The notes beneath the pieces were generated by a model, which did not search any database, was not told the DNA's origin, and was given only the letters and a program-made list of their open reading frames with translations. Position numbers and translations under genes: made by a program. A stretch of DNA of 60,694 nt, filler included, from Nemertoderma westbladi (taxonomy: Eukaryota; Animalia; Xenacoelomorpha), in the NCBI GenBank assembly GCA_032718475.1. It is 2 parts of 2 records of this genome, joined end to end, with 100 filler letters (N's around TTAATTAATTAA, not from the genome) between each part and the next. Parts side by side here need not be neighbours in the genome. Positions count along the whole stretch, not along the records: positions 29,399 to 60,694 come from JAUCBJ010008284.1; 1 more part is not named here. The stretch is one strand, 5' to 3'. Positions 59,701 through 60,694 of this stretch are shown here, piece by piece (positions within the stretch are counted from its first letter, which is position 1; each line of letters opens with the position of its first letter).

Positions 59701-60694
59701 AAACCTATGTCGACGAGCAGCTAACCAACAGCACCTTTACTCCCAACGAGAAGTTCAACTATTTGCTTCAGATGCTCCATCGAGAACCTAGAGCCATTGC
59801 GGATAACTTCGTCGGCAACGAAAGAGCATTCGAGTTAGCGATGAAGACGCTTAGCGACATCTACGGGAATAAAACCAAGATGGCGCAGTCGATAGTAGAA
59901 GACTTGGGTAAGGGCGGAAGGATTACAACTCCGTTAGAGCTGTTGAACTTAGCGAACGCTATTTCGAACGCATTGGACATCTTGAGGACGGTGAATCTAC
60001 CTCATCATGGTGATCACGCCGAAGTTTTGAAGAGCGTAATAAGACGTCTAAACATGCGTTACCGACAGAAATGGCGCAAATTAGAGAATAAGTTGGAGGG
60101 CCAAGGTAAAGTATTGACACTTCAGCATATTCATGACATGATAGCCACAGACGCAGTAGCAGAGATGAAATCAAACTTCTCAGAAGAGAATATGAGGGAG
60201 TCTAAACCTGTTACCGGTAAGTCTATGGTAAGTTTTGACGATGACAGGACCACTGTGACATTTAACTCAGTAGACAGATATAATTCGAGTACCCCAGCCT
60301 TTAGATCAGACTCGCGAGTATGGTCAGGTGAGCGGTTAGATAGACCTAGGTTAAAGCAACAGGAGTTGCCGGATGGATTTGTAGGTTGCCAATACTGTTT
60401 ACTAAAGGAGGTAAGATCTGACGACCATAAGTTAGATAGTTGCAGACGGTTCAAAGAATTAAATTCGGAACAGAGAAGAGTTCAAGTTCGGACGTTGGAC
60501 ACCTGTTGGGCATGTCTTGCGCCAGGCCATGTACGGCGGCAGTGCCCGAACAGCAAGGACGGATGCATGGAATGCGGCAGACTACATCACAAGTTGCTAC
60601 ATGCGGATTTCCACACCCCAACGGACCGTTACTTACAGCGAAATCCTCACAGGAAGGGGAGCAAAGAACCCATATCGATAAGGAGGAATACGTA
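53712..60694 (+). mobile_element. Bel/Pao LTR retrotransposon, 5' part (5' boundary tentative)
   Basis: Bel/Pao-type gag from 57168. Candidate LTR start TGTTACGG at 53712, followed by 25-bp repeats, CCAAT (54196) and TATAAA (54247). LTR end and PBS not identified. Confidence 0.7.
57168..60694 (+). CDS. gag: Bel/Pao Gag(-Pol) polyprotein, N-terminal >1175 aa; runs off the window and is therefore absent from the ORF track
   Basis: MSVSDKEALED... stays open to the window end. Acidic N-terminus, coiled coil with ERELQLEREQK repeats (~58330-58490), DUF1759-like PQKFMGNHKHWRTF..EKFNYLLQML..AMKTLSDIYGN, and three knuckles CQYC..H..C, CWAC..GH..C, CMEC..HHKLLH. Confidence 0.92.
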   Translation, partial: MSVSDKEALEDSYETAAGPPTDDSVNITVDDNADYDDAASDADVSEQEDETVTSEEEQQPQVIVLGSPTATVRKDCTATRPEVSDKEGSVAEARARSPVSRPVGMVSAVVPAAVRSTRSSRNNPSSPPSVSQVSDREFDIAIKKKLRAHAGHITRTADKVRKMLADSANIGRVELVEIRRGYNSALFKQTEELAVLAKKAVESQSSDVATRIYDRVLAALLEHRELSERFRRVRTENWLLWTSQAQATQVSDAELRELVEREEIQDKEERRYQREVTSWLMQNGVVVPGQVLPTTENIQQRTLTPPDDASRDSGDSQVSHARGKVICARSLVSHNSAEERRRRLDEQQAEVLRASEARKEAERERERTRKLDAKLRELEEKGKREQAERERKERELQLEREQKERELQLEREQKERELQLEREQKERELQLERERKERELERERERRALYEEKARVEEEGAARRAREEEERKLAQLESARLSLESEERTRKANEIAEKGMRMIEECGASVGTELRELFALQKAEQEARTPTIRESTTTRIPIPGPAITSTRIAKPFSTYRTPVGISASPIAQNPRHQNIAPLHTEHDDEEFRETPTGRVLGEPNPRVWNTRTERRPSSTENFRVKPEEGSYERQRITQIEPTIQQNPSQEFITRDELSASLAQAISPHIQPITDMLSNLRLKEAAQVRSNSNPSRPELDKVQPSQRVRISEETIPHRPQVRTPVPNIHNPNFENSAEKFIEDAWVRASARKSSRALRTDTESSDEEEEMRRQKSRNYKERRTDAEQVSWNHRERTRLNNPAELNHLLTRNDATLRDIGKFAARQGLPTQQPQKFMGNHKHWRTFKTYVDEQLTNSTFTPNEKFNYLLQMLHREPRAIADNFVGNERAFELAMKTLSDIYGNKTKMAQSIVEDLGKGGRITTPLELLNLANAISNALDILRTVNLPHHGDHAEVLKSVIRRLNMRYRQKWRKLENKLEGQGKVLTLQHIHDMIATDAVAEMKSNFSEENMRESKPVTGKSMVSFDDDRTTVTFNSVDRYNSSTPAFRSDSRVWSGERLDRPRLKQQELPDGFVGCQYCLLKEVRSDDHKLDSCRRFKELNSEQRRVQVRTLDTCWACLAPGHVRRQCPNSKDGCMECGRLHHKLLHADFHTPTDRYLQRNPHRKGSKEPISIRRNT

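Noticed and set aside
58124-60454. Minus-strand Ser/Arg-rich ORFs
   Set aside because: Antisense shadows of the + strand gag frame.

Overview
AT-rich, repeat-dense eukaryotic DNA, probably from a bilaterian invertebrate (inferred from spliceosomal introns, an IRF gene and CTCF-like motifs). An artificial 100-bp scaffold linker at 29299-29398 splits the window, so the two halves may not be adjacent in the genome. Left half: the right end of a Polinton/Maverick (adintovirus-like) element (<1 to ~7939). It carries an intact protein-primed DNA polymerase B, a divergent TATA-binding-protein-like gene, an array of tRNA-3'-half/B-box motifs, and a hairpin-forming terminus ending in CTACTACT. This is followed by an intronless IRF1/2-type transcription factor ORF, minisatellites, MITEs and a CRE-like retroposon relic. 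Right half: four exons of a divergent TRPC-type channel (minus strand), more minisatellites, nested non-LTR retrotransposons (RTE-like, CRE-like, CR1/L2-like), and the 5' part of a Bel/Pao LTR retrotransposon whose gag ORF runs off the window. The most notable candidate system is the Polinton-encoded TBP-like gene beside the B-box array. All calls come from reading motifs by eye; no database searches were run.
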